Positions 50,801 to 61,750 are shown, numbered from the stretch's first letter. The stretch: DNA of 64,000 nucleotides from Mytilus californianus (GCF_021869535.1 NW_026262723.1:63984001-64048000), one strand, 5' to 3'. Notes: generated by a model from the letters alone, not told the origin. Program-made: numbers and translations.

Positions 50801-53577
50801 ATGTATGTTAGGTTTGGTAAAATTAAAGACTTAACTACAGTTATCTTTCCTATTAATGTTTAGTTTCGTTTGTTCCATCCTTGAATTATTTTTTCACATT
50901 TGTCTATTTGCTTTTCTGTATTTAATTTATGACATTCTTGATAATTGTATCCAAAATATATTCCTAGACTTTTAATGTGGTCTTGTTTCCAGTTTATATT
51001 TTCAAATTTATCTTTTGAATGTTTAAGTTTCCCAAGCCACAAACCTTCTGTTTTATTTCTATTCAATTTAAGTCCAGAAAGGCTTCCAAAAGTTTCAATA
51101 ATGTTAAGGGCTATACTTATTTCTTTGCGTGTTTTTAAAATCAATTGAGTATCGTCTGCCAACTGACATATTTTTAGCGAGCAAGATTTTCCATCTAATT
51201 TGATTTCAAATCCTTTTAGTTTGTTATTTTCCCTTAATTTAATTGCCATTATTTCAACAGATAAAACGAAAATTAACGAGGATAACGGACACCCTTGTCT
51301 AATCCCACGGAATGTATTAAAGGGGGCAGACACCCATCCATTATTTAAAATACACCCTTTTATATCTGTATACATAGTTTCAACCCATTTAATGAATTCC
51401 TTTTTAAAACCAAATTTTTTTAAAGATTCAAACATAAAACACCACTCCAGTGAGTCGAAAGCTTTAGTAAAGTCTAAAAATAAAATTGCACCATCTACTT
51501 TAAATTTTTCAGAATAATCAATGATGTCTTGGATTTGTCTAATATTAAATCCTATGTATCTGTTTTTTATGTAACCTTTTTGATCAGAGTGAATTATTTT
51601 TGGAAGTACTGATTTTAATCTTTGCGCTAAGGCATAGGCTAATAATTTAACATCATAATTTAATAATGTGATAGGTCTATAGTTATCAAGGGAGAGTGGA
51701 TCATTTTTTTTTATACAAAAGAGATATAGCTCCAATTTTTTGGGAGTTGGTTAATTCACCTTTTTTAAAGCAATAATTGAAAACGGGTACTATCAAATCT
51801 TTAATTTGTTCCCAGAATTTTCTATAAAACTCAACATTTAGTCCGTCCAAACCTGGGGCTTTGTTCAGTTTCATTTTAAATATAGCCTCTGTGCATTCAC
51901 TTATAGTAATTTTTCCTTCACATATATTGCTTTCATTTTCATTAATTTTTTTACATTCTTTAATAGTTTCAAAGTACTTTCTTACCTCTTCTGTGTCAGA
52001 TTTTGTTGAAGTATATAATTTAGTATAATAATTAACTTCTAGATTTATTATTTTGTTTTGGTCATATGTTACCTGTTTATTTTCATCATACAGTTGAGTT
52101 ATAGTTTTCTTATAAATTCTGATTGATATAATTATAATTTATTACAAGCCTGAAGGGAACCTGTAAAAGTAAACCTAAGCTGGGTTTATCCTTAATCAAC
52201 TGAAAAATTATGAAGTTAATTAATCAATAATGGATTATAATCTTGATGATCAGATATGTTTTCATAATCATATAAAATAAATAATTGGCCATAAAGTTCA
52301 AAGAAAATTAGAAAAGGGACACAGGCTAATTTTCACTCAACAACGAAGCCATCAATGTTCATGTTTGCACAATAATTTTCACCTTATATATGTGTTCAAT
52401 CAAGTAAATTGTTATGACCCTTTATTTTTTGTAAAAAAAATATTCTTTTAATATCTGAGATGGTCTTCTGCAAGAATTGAAGGAACAAATTGACAGACAT
52501 ATTTATTCTACTTTTGATATCAAATTCCAAACATAAACTCAGCCTTCACGCTTAACTTTTGAGTCCACAAGCCAGATGCTCAATATTTTGAAAATTTTAG
52601 TTGGATTCTGTTGGCTTGTAGAGGAGAATTTTACAAGCCCGAAAGCAATGTTACAAGCCATGGCCGTAGGACTTGTGGTTAAGCGTGAAGACTGTAAACT
52701 AAAGCATTAAAATCTTATTTAAAGTTGGATATACATATATATATAACAATACAATATACATGTATTAAAGCTCTAAACATATATAAATATTCAAAATGTT
52801 CAATAATGTCATATATATTATTTTTATGTAGAATTACTTCATTATTTCTCATCTATATAAGAATAACTGATGTATAGGATTCTGACTGCCTACTAAATCA
52901 GATTAGACTCTAATATTTTTGACAATCAATGCTTTTGAATGGGTTCACATGGTTTGAACCCTCCCTTTTGCAAATTGCTGGATCTGCCCCTTTAGGCTAT
53001 ACTTCTGATCATGTCTACTATAAAATTAAATGACTATTTAAGAATATTGTATAATTGTTGAAAGCAGTATAGTATAGACTATAGTGTCCTGTAAGTATTC
53101 ACATTTTCTTCTTATCAATTATATACCTGTTGGTTAACTTAAACTTAAATGTATGTATAAGGTTTTATTGGTTTTTATTTTTTTATTTTGGGAAAAAAAG
53201 AGGGGGGGGGGTAGTGAATATTACCGACATGTATTAAATGCCACAGACATATATATATATATATGTCTCTGCAAATGCACTATACTTCTAAACATTACAA
53301 GAACCGTAGGATGGAAATGTATTATAAATAAGCGGGTTTAAGTATGTCTGCATTGAATTATTGACGAGAACTCTCGGAAAACTATAAATTAAAGTAATCA
53401 TAAAATCATACAAATCCTTACCTCTTTAGGAAAATACTTTGCAGTGATGATTCTCTCAATCTCATACTCTTCAGGCAGTACTTCGTGTCTCTGCACCATC
53501 TTCTTACTGTCTTTTGGAAGGCTTTCGCCGGAATCCAATAACTTATAGTTGATCTGACGATTAGGTCTTAAGAACAT
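38881..53577 (-). CDS. Two-exon chromodomain protein, 210 aa (exons 53577-53422 and 39357-38881; 14,064-bp intron)
   Basis: GAG|gtaagg donor and ttttttttcag|GGT acceptor join in phase 0 to give ...EEYEIERIITAKYFPKE|GELYLVKWKGFALHDTTWEPRQHI..., a canonical chromodomain, followed by ~130 aa without stops to TGA at 38881. Confidence 0.87.
40971..41477. mobile_element. 507-bp foldback MITE with 9-bp TSD (Mutator-type)
   Basis: Inverted arms built of ggacaaaaagtcaca repeats; ATGTTATCA duplicated at 40962-40970 and 41478-41486. Confidence 0.85.
42430..42780 (+). repeat. Long copy of the dominant dispersed repeat family
   Basis: Begins aaagatgtggtatgattgccaatgagacaactct, matching the 18680 consensus. 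Confidence 0.85.
44383..45447 (+). mobile_element. Non-autonomous Helentron/HINE-like element with an internal ~160-bp tandem array
   Basis: 5' hairpin tatacgaccgc...gcggtcgtata; three internal units (acaataact...gtgaatggatctct.tgaaatt.tacc..aaggtt) at ~44500, 44650 and 44815; 3' gcggtcgtatccagctgcgctcaacgaagca; T-rich flanks. Confidence 0.7.
47185..47748 (+). mobile_element. 3' fragment of a CR1/L2-group LINE
   Basis: KRLCPLCIKEVEDEYHFALKC...CRQKLF C-terminal Cys/His motif, then a 3' UTR, AATAAA at 47722 and an (ATTTG)4 tail. Confidence 0.75.
48675..52102 (-). mobile_element. 5'-truncated L1/Tx1-type retrotransposon, inactive ORF2
   Basis: RT motifs (NYRPITLLNYDVK, GIRQGCPLS, QLADD) and a C-terminal zf-RVT region. 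ORF pieces 51735-50860, 50790-50026 and 50010-49465 are in one frame, separated by two in-frame TAA; there is one homopolymer frameshift near 51710. Poly(A) tail and AATAAA near 48675-48705; 18-bp TSD agttttcttataaattct at 48657-74 and 52103-20. Confidence 0.93.
52540..52694. mobile_element. 155-bp MITE with CAG...CTG termini and 6-bp TSD
   Basis: cagccttcacgcttaac / gttaagcgtgaagactg inverted termini; taaact at 52534-39 and 52695-700. Confidence 0.8.
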
Positions 53578-54564
53578 GTTGTATCGTTAATTAGTCGTGT
53601 AATAGTGAATGGTTATTCAGATTACGCGCGTCTATAGTGACGGAAGTATAACACTACCGCCACCTAGGAAGTTTAATTACCTCCCTTGCTCAATTACCTG
53701 GTCCCAAAAAAGTTATCGGGAACCAGCTAAAAAGTAATTACAGAGTTATCTACCGTAATTATGACCGTTATAGTTGCATATGACCAAAGAATCCAACATG
53801 TAAATTCAAAGCGATGATTAGTTATGTTTTAAAGCGTCATTTAGTGAACTGCACCCAGGAATAAAATATTTTACAAGCCTTACTTTTCGAAATATTAAAG
53901 CGCCGTCCCAAATAACCAAATATCAAACTAAGTGTTAACCTCATCAGTACGATCGAGCCACAGCTGATCTGCAATATCTTAGTCGAAAATTAAATTGTGT
54001 AGTAATTCCACTAAAGTAAAGAAAACTTAGTTACATAAGTATACAATAAGGCGTCACTGTCATTCATAATATTTTTTAAACGGCTGACGAGGTCCCCCTC
54101 CTTTTATTTAATTTTCAACTCCTTACTCCTCTGTTAACAATATTTTTGTCTGAGTTAATATAGTCGGAATGTCTGTCCATTTTGCAGCATAAAGATACTA
54201 TAGAAGTCGTCATGAATGAAAAAAGTTCGTCTCTTCACACTGGGTTGATTTGCTTGCAATTATAAATACATGTAGCCTCGGGGTCTGTTTCATTGTTATT
54301 AGCTTCATTTATGGTTAATCCAGACATTTTTCCGTTTCCACTACAAAAGTTTGGGGGCACGCGGGGTCCCCTCTTTTTTTCAAATTCCTGGATCTGCATC
54401 TGATGTCGAGGTGGATCTTCTATACAAAAGAGGCAGATGCACTGTAGTCATCGGATTAAATTTTATAGATTAATTTAAGTTTTTAACAGTCGTTTTACAT
54501 CGTGTAAACATTCGTCAGCCAGTGTTATTTTACTTTCATAACAAGTTTTATTAAAAAAAAAACG

Positions 54565-54859
54565 GATTGTGTGCAGTGGCGCATCATCCAAAAAAAATGT
54601 CCGGACCATACAAAAACCTGTTTATGCAAAGTTTTTTTTATGTTGATACGGCTTTGGTCCACTCAGGTTTGTTGGCTCGTCTGAAGGCATCACAGTCATA
54701 AGTCGTATATGAAATCAAACCAGGGCAGTCATCGTGCAACTCGTTGTGTAATTCGCATATTGATTTTTTCCACACCTGAAGTTTTTTACGATTATTTGTA
54801 CAACTATTAACTGCACAAGAAATGCTTCCGTGTTTTTTATAACTTTCGGCAGCATCCAT
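54565..54859 (-). pseudogene. Decayed THAP-domain ORF just inside the right end of the 22-kb element
   Basis: MDAAESYKKHGSISCAVNSCTNNRKKLQVWKKSICELH...WTKAV, then frameshifted V.SGHF..DDAP.AHNP, resembling the THAP C2CH end (VCSxHF...PT..NP). Contains stops and frameshifts. Confidence 0.6.
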
Positions 54860-55140
54860 TGTAAAATAAATCAGAAAATGAAAGAAATACAAATGTAAAC
54901 AGAAAATCGATAATGTTTTGATCAATACACGTGCGTTATTTTTCACGGTTGTAATGGCGGATCGGTCACGTGAGAGGTTAATGGATACGCCCATGTTTTC
55001 TAGGTCAATTACAGATAAACCCGTCTATAGTACGCAAACAATATTTGTCTCATATTACGTTTTTTCATAGATATGCCTTTAAGCTAGATACTTTTAATAA
55101 GGTGAATATAAACAAATATATACACAGGCAACTGGTGTCA

Positions 55141-55227
55141 ATGGAATCTACTCTCTCTATGGAATCTACTCTCTCTATGGAATCTACTCTCTCTATGGAA
55201 TTTACTCTCTCTATGTAATCTACTATG
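55141..55227. repeat. 18-bp minisatellite downstream of mytilin copy 1 (4 units plus a partial; 3 plus a partial at 59351-59420)
   Basis: Unit atggaatctactctctct. Confidence 0.9.
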
Positions 55228-55381
55228 TCACTAAATATATTTTGTACTTAGTGAAACATGGTTATGTTTAAGTATTTATTGGATAAGAACTACAATAACA
55301 GAAATAAAAGACATCTCTAAATTGGAGCTAAATAAAGAGTAGAAGTATATAATGCCATCATCTTCGCATTAAACCGTTCCT

Positions 55382-57180
55382 TTACGTGTCAGTTTCACCT
55401 GCCTTGGTTTCTCCTTTTGACATGTCGTGAAAGAAGTCAGTGTCCTTATTGTCATTCATATGTGGAAACATCTCAGATGGAGATGATCTAAAAATAAAAT
55501 AAAGGAATAAATTAAGGAAGGAAGGAAATAATTGTAGATTTAAAGAAAATGTTTTACATTATGTTTAGGAAGTGGATTGAAGTAGAAATCAAAGGTTGGT
55601 TGACAGTCCTTGTCTTTTTCTACTCTTTATCTCGATATTTTCAACCACGTAAATGACATAGTGTGATATAGTTACTATTTCAAGGCAAGTGAAGTGGAGA
55701 TTGAAAAATTATTAAAAATAGAAATTCTTTTTATCTGATGTAAACAATATCAAATAAATAAATCGTTCAGTGTGTCTTTTAAATATGCATAACGAGAAGA
55801 TAATCAGACTTGCATACACTAATAAAGGATGCTTAATCCACAACATATGTTCTGACATGGTCTGACAATGTACATATTAAAGAACTGTTCCGTACGTAGC
55901 ACGTTGAAATGCAATTAAGATGTCTAACTTATACCCAAATACGCCCTTTGTTCAGTAGTGTTCAAAATATTTGTCCAATTCATACGGTCAAAAGTAGAGA
56001 GACAATAAAAGGGTGCAACCACATTAACAAATCAACCTAACTTTCAAATTCTGCCAACTGATATATGCATAAAATATTTACCACAGTACACAAGGCAGCC
56101 AAAAAATACCAAATTAATCATTGTTTCAATTGCAACATACCCTTCATTTTTAAGGAATTTCATGGTATGGTCAATGGCACATCTAGAGCATTTGCAGAAG
56201 CAATGTCCTCTCCAAAGAACCCAAGCATATTCTGCACAGTGTCTTCTTCTGCAAAAGGCTTTACATCTTGAATCACAACCTGCATCTGCCTCGTGGACTA
56301 AATCAAAATATCATAAATGTAATCAATAAAAGCGAGATATTTTTTAAAGATATTGGTTATTTGGGAATATTTCAGAGAATCGTTGTCTAATGCATGTATA
56401 ACCACACCTGAACTTTTTCTTGTCATTTACTCAGCACAAAGTATTTAAGTATTCGTCAAGAGATAATACAGACCACAAAAAGAATAGCATAAATTTGAAG
56501 AGGGATGAACATTTATGACAAAATGTGGCCGGCATAGTTTTAATTTATAGAGACATCCGGAAATTAATTTTGTTAATATTAGTTTGATAAGCGTAACAGT
56601 TTATAAACCTGAATCGAAGATGAAATATTGAGACAATAACAATTTGGAGTTCGGTATTTTTGTCATTTTATTTTTGACTTATTTTTTGTAAATTCGTTAA
56701 AGTTTATTTTGCAACCGCGAAGCAAAAAGTCCTTTATCGAAGCCACAATTCCGTCCTCTTTTCTACGATTGTGACATTCCCGAATGAGACTTATCATCAT
56801 TCGTAGCAGTTGGGATGGCCGTAGGTGTTTTGTGAGTTCGTCTTGCTCAGTCTTTAGTTTTCTTTTTAGTGGTGTGTAGACTGTTCGATTTGTTTCTGTT
56901 TTTCAGGACATAGTATTGTCGGTTTTTCGTCGACTTGTGTATCCTCTTTAGAAACATTTTATTGATACTGCTCCCCATGATCAAATCCATCTTTACTGTA
57001 ACAAATACTTTGACGTCGTCGTTCCTAATGAGTTTAAAGCGAACGCAGCAAGGACTTAAAACTTTTTAATCTGATTTTCTCACATTTTTGTATGCCATTG
57101 CATTATACTTCAAAAAAAATTGTTTTCATACCTGCAAGAATTACTGCAAGAGCAATAGCCAGAATAATTGCTACCTTCAT
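55382..57180 (-). CDS. mytilin: Mytilin antimicrobial peptide precursor, copy 1 (103 aa, intact)
   Basis: Exons 57180-57132, 56297-56141 and 55487-55382 give MKVAIILAIALAVILAVHEADA-GCDSRCKAFCRRRHCAEYAWVLWRGHCFCKCSRC-AIDHTMKFLKNEGSSPSEMFPHMNDNKDTDFFHDMSKGETKAGETDT*. This is co-linear with the mytilin B precursor (8-Cys, 34-aa mature peptide, acidic C-terminal extension). A non-coding exon ends at 57416. Confidence 0.96.
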
Positions 57181-57478
57181 ATTCTTCTAAAGGAACGTTG
57201 ATATTGATCTAAATGGTAAGGGTGGTTACGTCATTGCCACATACATGAAAAGTTATACAATGAAAAAGGAAGACGCAATGAATTGGAACATTAACACAGT
57301 AAACTCTCGTGAAGTATCAAATACGAAATTTTGAAATGTCTAATCGAAACAAGATTAAAGTATTTAGATTTAAATAATCATTGCAAAAATCAGAACAATC
57401 CCCAAAGTTACCTACCTTATGTGTATAATTCAGCTAATCAGCAGGCTTCGATTGAATTTAATTGGACAAATTAGCGAG

Positions 57479-57485
57479 TTTTATA
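57479..57485 (-). promoter_or_regulatory. TATA box of mytilin copy 1
   Basis: TATAAAA about 30 nt upstream of the inferred start of the non-coding first exon (donor AAG|gtaggt at 57415); conserved in copy 2. Confidence 0.75.
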
Positions 57486-59724
57486 GCATTTAATCCAGAA
57501 AATAATGACAATTACGTCGGAGGAAGTTGGTTTGTAAAACGAAATTGCGTCTTGTTTTTACTGTATTATGTCTGAAATCTAGACCGTTTAAATAACTAGT
57601 ACAAACAAATCAAATTAGAAATAAAAATACATGATACCGGTAAAATAGTAAGGAAAACACAAGTACAAACTATACAATAATACAATAATAAGCAATATCG
57701 TTTCAAAGTAAGATAACATTTCCTAAAAACAAGCTCAAAGTACTTACTGTAAGCTGCTGATATGAAATCCTTTCATTTCATATCCTTATATTATCGGCGA
57801 AATATTTGCTTATCTTCAGTGAATTTGAGGGAAATTTCTTACTTTTGTTTTATCAACTCGTTGACAAATATCCCAATTTGAACATTCTACGATATTTATT
57901 GAGGGATTGAATGTCCAAATGCTTTTTAAGCAAAATAGCGTAAAATCAACAGGTCATCATAATCTGAAGAAAAAAATATAAGCAAAGATCCTTGATGTAA
58001 GATAAGCTATAAAAACGTCTAGGCCCTAGTGGTCCTACACAAGGTACGTAACAGAACGTACAATGAAATCAGTACAGTGACAGGACTTATCTCTATGATA
58101 CCGGTAAAATAGTTAGCAAAATACAACTACACTATGTACAAGTAATAAGCAATCACGAATCAAGGTATGAAAACATTTACTTAAAACAAGGTCAAAGTAC
58201 TTAAGCTGCTGATATGAAATCATGTCATGCCATGCTATGCTATACTAGTATTCTATTATCTATTATCGGCTAAATGTTTTATCAAATCGTTGTCAAATAT
58301 CCCAATTTTAACATCTTACGATATTTATTGAAGAGGATTAAATGTCCAAATGCTTTTAAAGCAAAGGACAATAGCATAAATCTACAGATCATTATTATCT
58401 CCAAAAAAATAAGTATAAAGATCCAGGATGTAGGATTAGCTTTAAAAAGCGTCTAGACAACATAATGTGAAACATAAATTGGAAAGTATATACAACAGTA
58501 CGAAAAAAGCACTGTACTACAGCATCTACAACCTCCTGTCTTCGGATAGGCACATTTAGTATATATACAGATGGTATAATAAAATGAAAGATGTCGGGAT
58601 TATGTCAGTGGAAGCCAACTGCACCATAACCGCCTCTCCCAGTACATAAATGAATGTATAAATAAGTAAATAATGAACTATCTGCACATAATCATCCAAT
58701 TTGCATGCAATAGTCCCTTTACAGTAAGCAGTCTATCATTGTTATTCCATTCGTATTTGTTTTCTTGATAGGATTAACCGGATATTTGAGGTTTTTGATT
58801 TGATAGATTTCCGACCGGGAGTAAAATAAATGTTGTTGAACAACTTAACTGTATCTGTATAAGTAAATATGCAGTTTATAAACCTTGTATTGTGATGGCC
58901 TTTTGAAACTAAATAAGAATGGACATATGAATTTATAAAGGTGGTTGAAGGGTGAATTTCAATAAAACCTCAGGTCCTAAAATATTTTGTCTTGTTAACG
59001 AAAAAAGGCAAGGGAAAAGAAAGCTAGTTCTATATCAATGTTTATATCCATCAATGAAGCAGATTTGATTGTCTCAGTAATATGTCTAATTAGGTCTTTC
59101 CTCTTTCCAGTTTTATAAATTTTCATTAAACAAATCATCGAGGAGCAGCGCACATGTATTTAAGGTCATTGCAGTGCTTATTGTCTGTTGATGTACCTGT
59201 CAACTACCTTATGCAAACATCATATTATTTAGAAAGTATAGTAGGCAAACAATATTTGTCTCATATTACTTTTTTTCATAGATATGCCTTTAAGCTAGAT
59301 ACTTTTAATAAGGTGAATATAAACAAATATATACACAGGCAACTGGTGTCAATGGAATCTACACTCTCTATGGAATCTACTCTCTCTATGGAATTTACTC
59401 TCTCTATGTAATCTACTATGTCACTAAATATATTTTGTACACTACAATAACAGAAATAAAAGACATCTCTAAATTGGAGCTAAATAAAAAGTAGAAGTAT
59501 ATAATGCCATCATCTTCGCATTAAACCGTTCCTTTACGTGTCAGTTTCACCTGCCTTGGTTTCTCCTTATGGCATGTCGTGAAAGAAGTCAGTGTCCTTA
59601 TTGTCATTCATATGTGGAAACATCTCAGATGAAGATTATCTAAAAATAAGATAAAGTAATAAATAAAGGAAGGAAGGAAATTGTCCTCATTGTCATTCAT
59701 ATGTGGAAACATCTCAGATGGAGA

Positions 59725-61413
59725 TTATCTAAAAATAAGATAAAGTAATAAATAAAGGAAGGAAGGAAACAACTGTAGATTTAAAGAAAATGTTTTACAT
59801 TATGTTTAGGAAGTGGATTGAAGTAGAAATCAAAGGTTGGTTGACAGTCCCTGTCTTTTTTTACTCTTTATCTCGATATTTCCAACCACGTAAATGACAT
59901 AGTGTGATATACTTACTATTTCAAGGCAAGTGAAGTGAAGATGGAAAAAAGATTAAAAATAGAAATTGTTTTTATCTGATGTAAATAAATCGTTCAGTGT
60001 GTCTTTTAAATATGCATAACGAGAAGATAATCAGACTTGCATACTCTAATAAAGGATGCTTAATCCACAACATATGTTCTGAGATGGTCTGACAATGTAC
60101 ATGTTAAAGAACTAGCTGTTCCGTACGTAGCACGTTGAAATGCAATTAAGATGTCTAAATTATACCCAAATACGCAAGTAGTGTTCAAAATATTTGTCCA
60201 ATTCATACGGCCAAAAGGAGAGAGACAATAAAAGGGTGCAACCACATTAACAAATCAACCGAACTTTCAAATTCTGCCAACTGATATATGCATAAAATAT
60301 TTACCACAGTACATAAGGCAGCCAAAAAATACCAAATTAATCATTGTTTCAATTGCAACATACCCTTCATTTTTAAGGAATTTCATGGTATGGTCAATGG
60401 CACATCTAGAGCATATGCAGTAGCAACGTCCTCCCCAAAGGACCCAATCATAACCTGCACAGCGTCTTCTTCTGCAAACGGCTTTACATTTTGAAGCACA
60501 ACCTGCATCTGCCTCGTGGACTAAAACAAAATATCATAAATGTAATCAATGAAAGCGAGATATTTTTTGAAAGATATTGGTTATTGGCGAATATTTCAGA
60601 GAATCGTTGTCTAATGCATGTATAACCACACCTTAATTTTTCCTCGTCATTTACTCAGCACAAAGTATTTAAGTATTCGTCAAGAGATAATACAGACCAC
60701 AAAAAGAATAGCATAAATTTGAGTGGGGATGAACATTTATGACAAAATATGGCCGGCATAGTTTTAATTTATAGAGACATCCGGAAATTAATTTTGTTAA
60801 TATTAATTTGATAAGCGTAACAGTTTATAAACCTGAATCGAAGATGAAATATTGAGACAATAACAATTCGAAGATCGGTATTTTTGTCATTTTACTTTTG
60901 ACTTATTTTTTGTAAATTCATTAAAGTTTATTTTGCAACCGCGAAGCAAAAAGTCCTTTATCGAAGTCACAATTCCGTCCTCTTATCTACAATTGTGACA
61001 TTCCTGAATGAGACTTATCATCATTGATAGCATCTGAAATGGCCCTAGGTGTTTTGTGAGTTCGTCTTGCTCAGTCTTTAGTTTTCTATTTAGTGTTGTG
61101 TCGACTGTTGTTTGACTTTTCGATTTTGTTTTTGTTTTTCAGGACATAGTATTGTCGGTTTTTCTTCGACTTGTGTATCCTCTTTAGACACATTTTATTG
61201 GTACTGCTCCCCATAATCACATCCATCTTTACTGTAACAAATACTTTGACGTCGTCGTTCCTAATGAGTTTAAAGCGAACGCAGCAAGGACTTAAAACTT
61301 TTAAATCTGATTTTCAAACATTTTTATATGCCATTAAATTATAGTAAAAACATTGTGTCCATACCTTCAAGAATTACTGCAAGAGCAATAGCCAGAATAA
61401 TTGCTACCTTCAT
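59725..61413 (-). CDS. mytilin: Mytilin precursor, copy 2: mature peptide intact, C-terminal propeptide truncated (69 aa); possibly pseudogenising
   Basis: Exons 61413-61365, 60520-60364 and 59728-59725 give MKVAIILAIALAVILEVHEADA-GCASKCKAVCRRRRCAGYDWVLWGGRCYCICSRC-AIDHTMKFLKNEG*. TCA>TAA occurs at the first full codon of the last exon; there is an extra in-frame ATG at 61419. Confidence 0.9.
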
Positions 61414-61743
61414 ATTCATCTAAAGGAACGTTGATATTGATCTAAATGGAAAGGGTTGTTACGTCATTGCCACAAACATGAAAAGTTATACAATGAAAAA
61501 GGAAGACGCAATGAATTGGAACATTAACACAGTAAACTCTCGTGAAGTATCAAATACGAAAGTTTGAAATGTCTATTCGAAACAAGATTAAAATATTTAG
61601 ATTTAAATAATCATTTCAAAAATCAGAACAACCCCCCTATACATAGAGTGATCCAATTTATTTTTTGACAAAGTTACCTACCTTATGTGTATGATTCAGC
61701 TAATCAGCAGGTTTCGGTGAATTTAATTGGAAAAATTAGCGGG

Positions 61744-61750
61744 TTTTATA
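61744..61750 (-). promoter_or_regulatory. TATA box of mytilin copy 2
   Basis: TATAAAA upstream of the non-coding exon ending at 61682. Confidence 0.75.

Larger units (their letters stand above)
32957..55025. mobile_element. 22,069-bp composite DNA-transposon insertion with bipartite inverted termini and TATA target duplication
   Basis: Left end GACAGGTTTTTC, right end (reverse complement) GACGGGTTTATC. A second inverted motif GATC(C)GCCATTACAACCGTGAAAAATA begins 62 bp inside both ends. TATA lies at 32953-56 and 55026-29, and the paralogous block has an uninterrupted single TATA at 59237-40. Confidence 0.85.

Noticed and set aside
56065-60494. Twin 68-aa plus-strand ORFs (56065-56271, 60288-60494)
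   Set aside because: Antisense to the duplicated mytilin exon and intron; their similarity only reflects the duplication.
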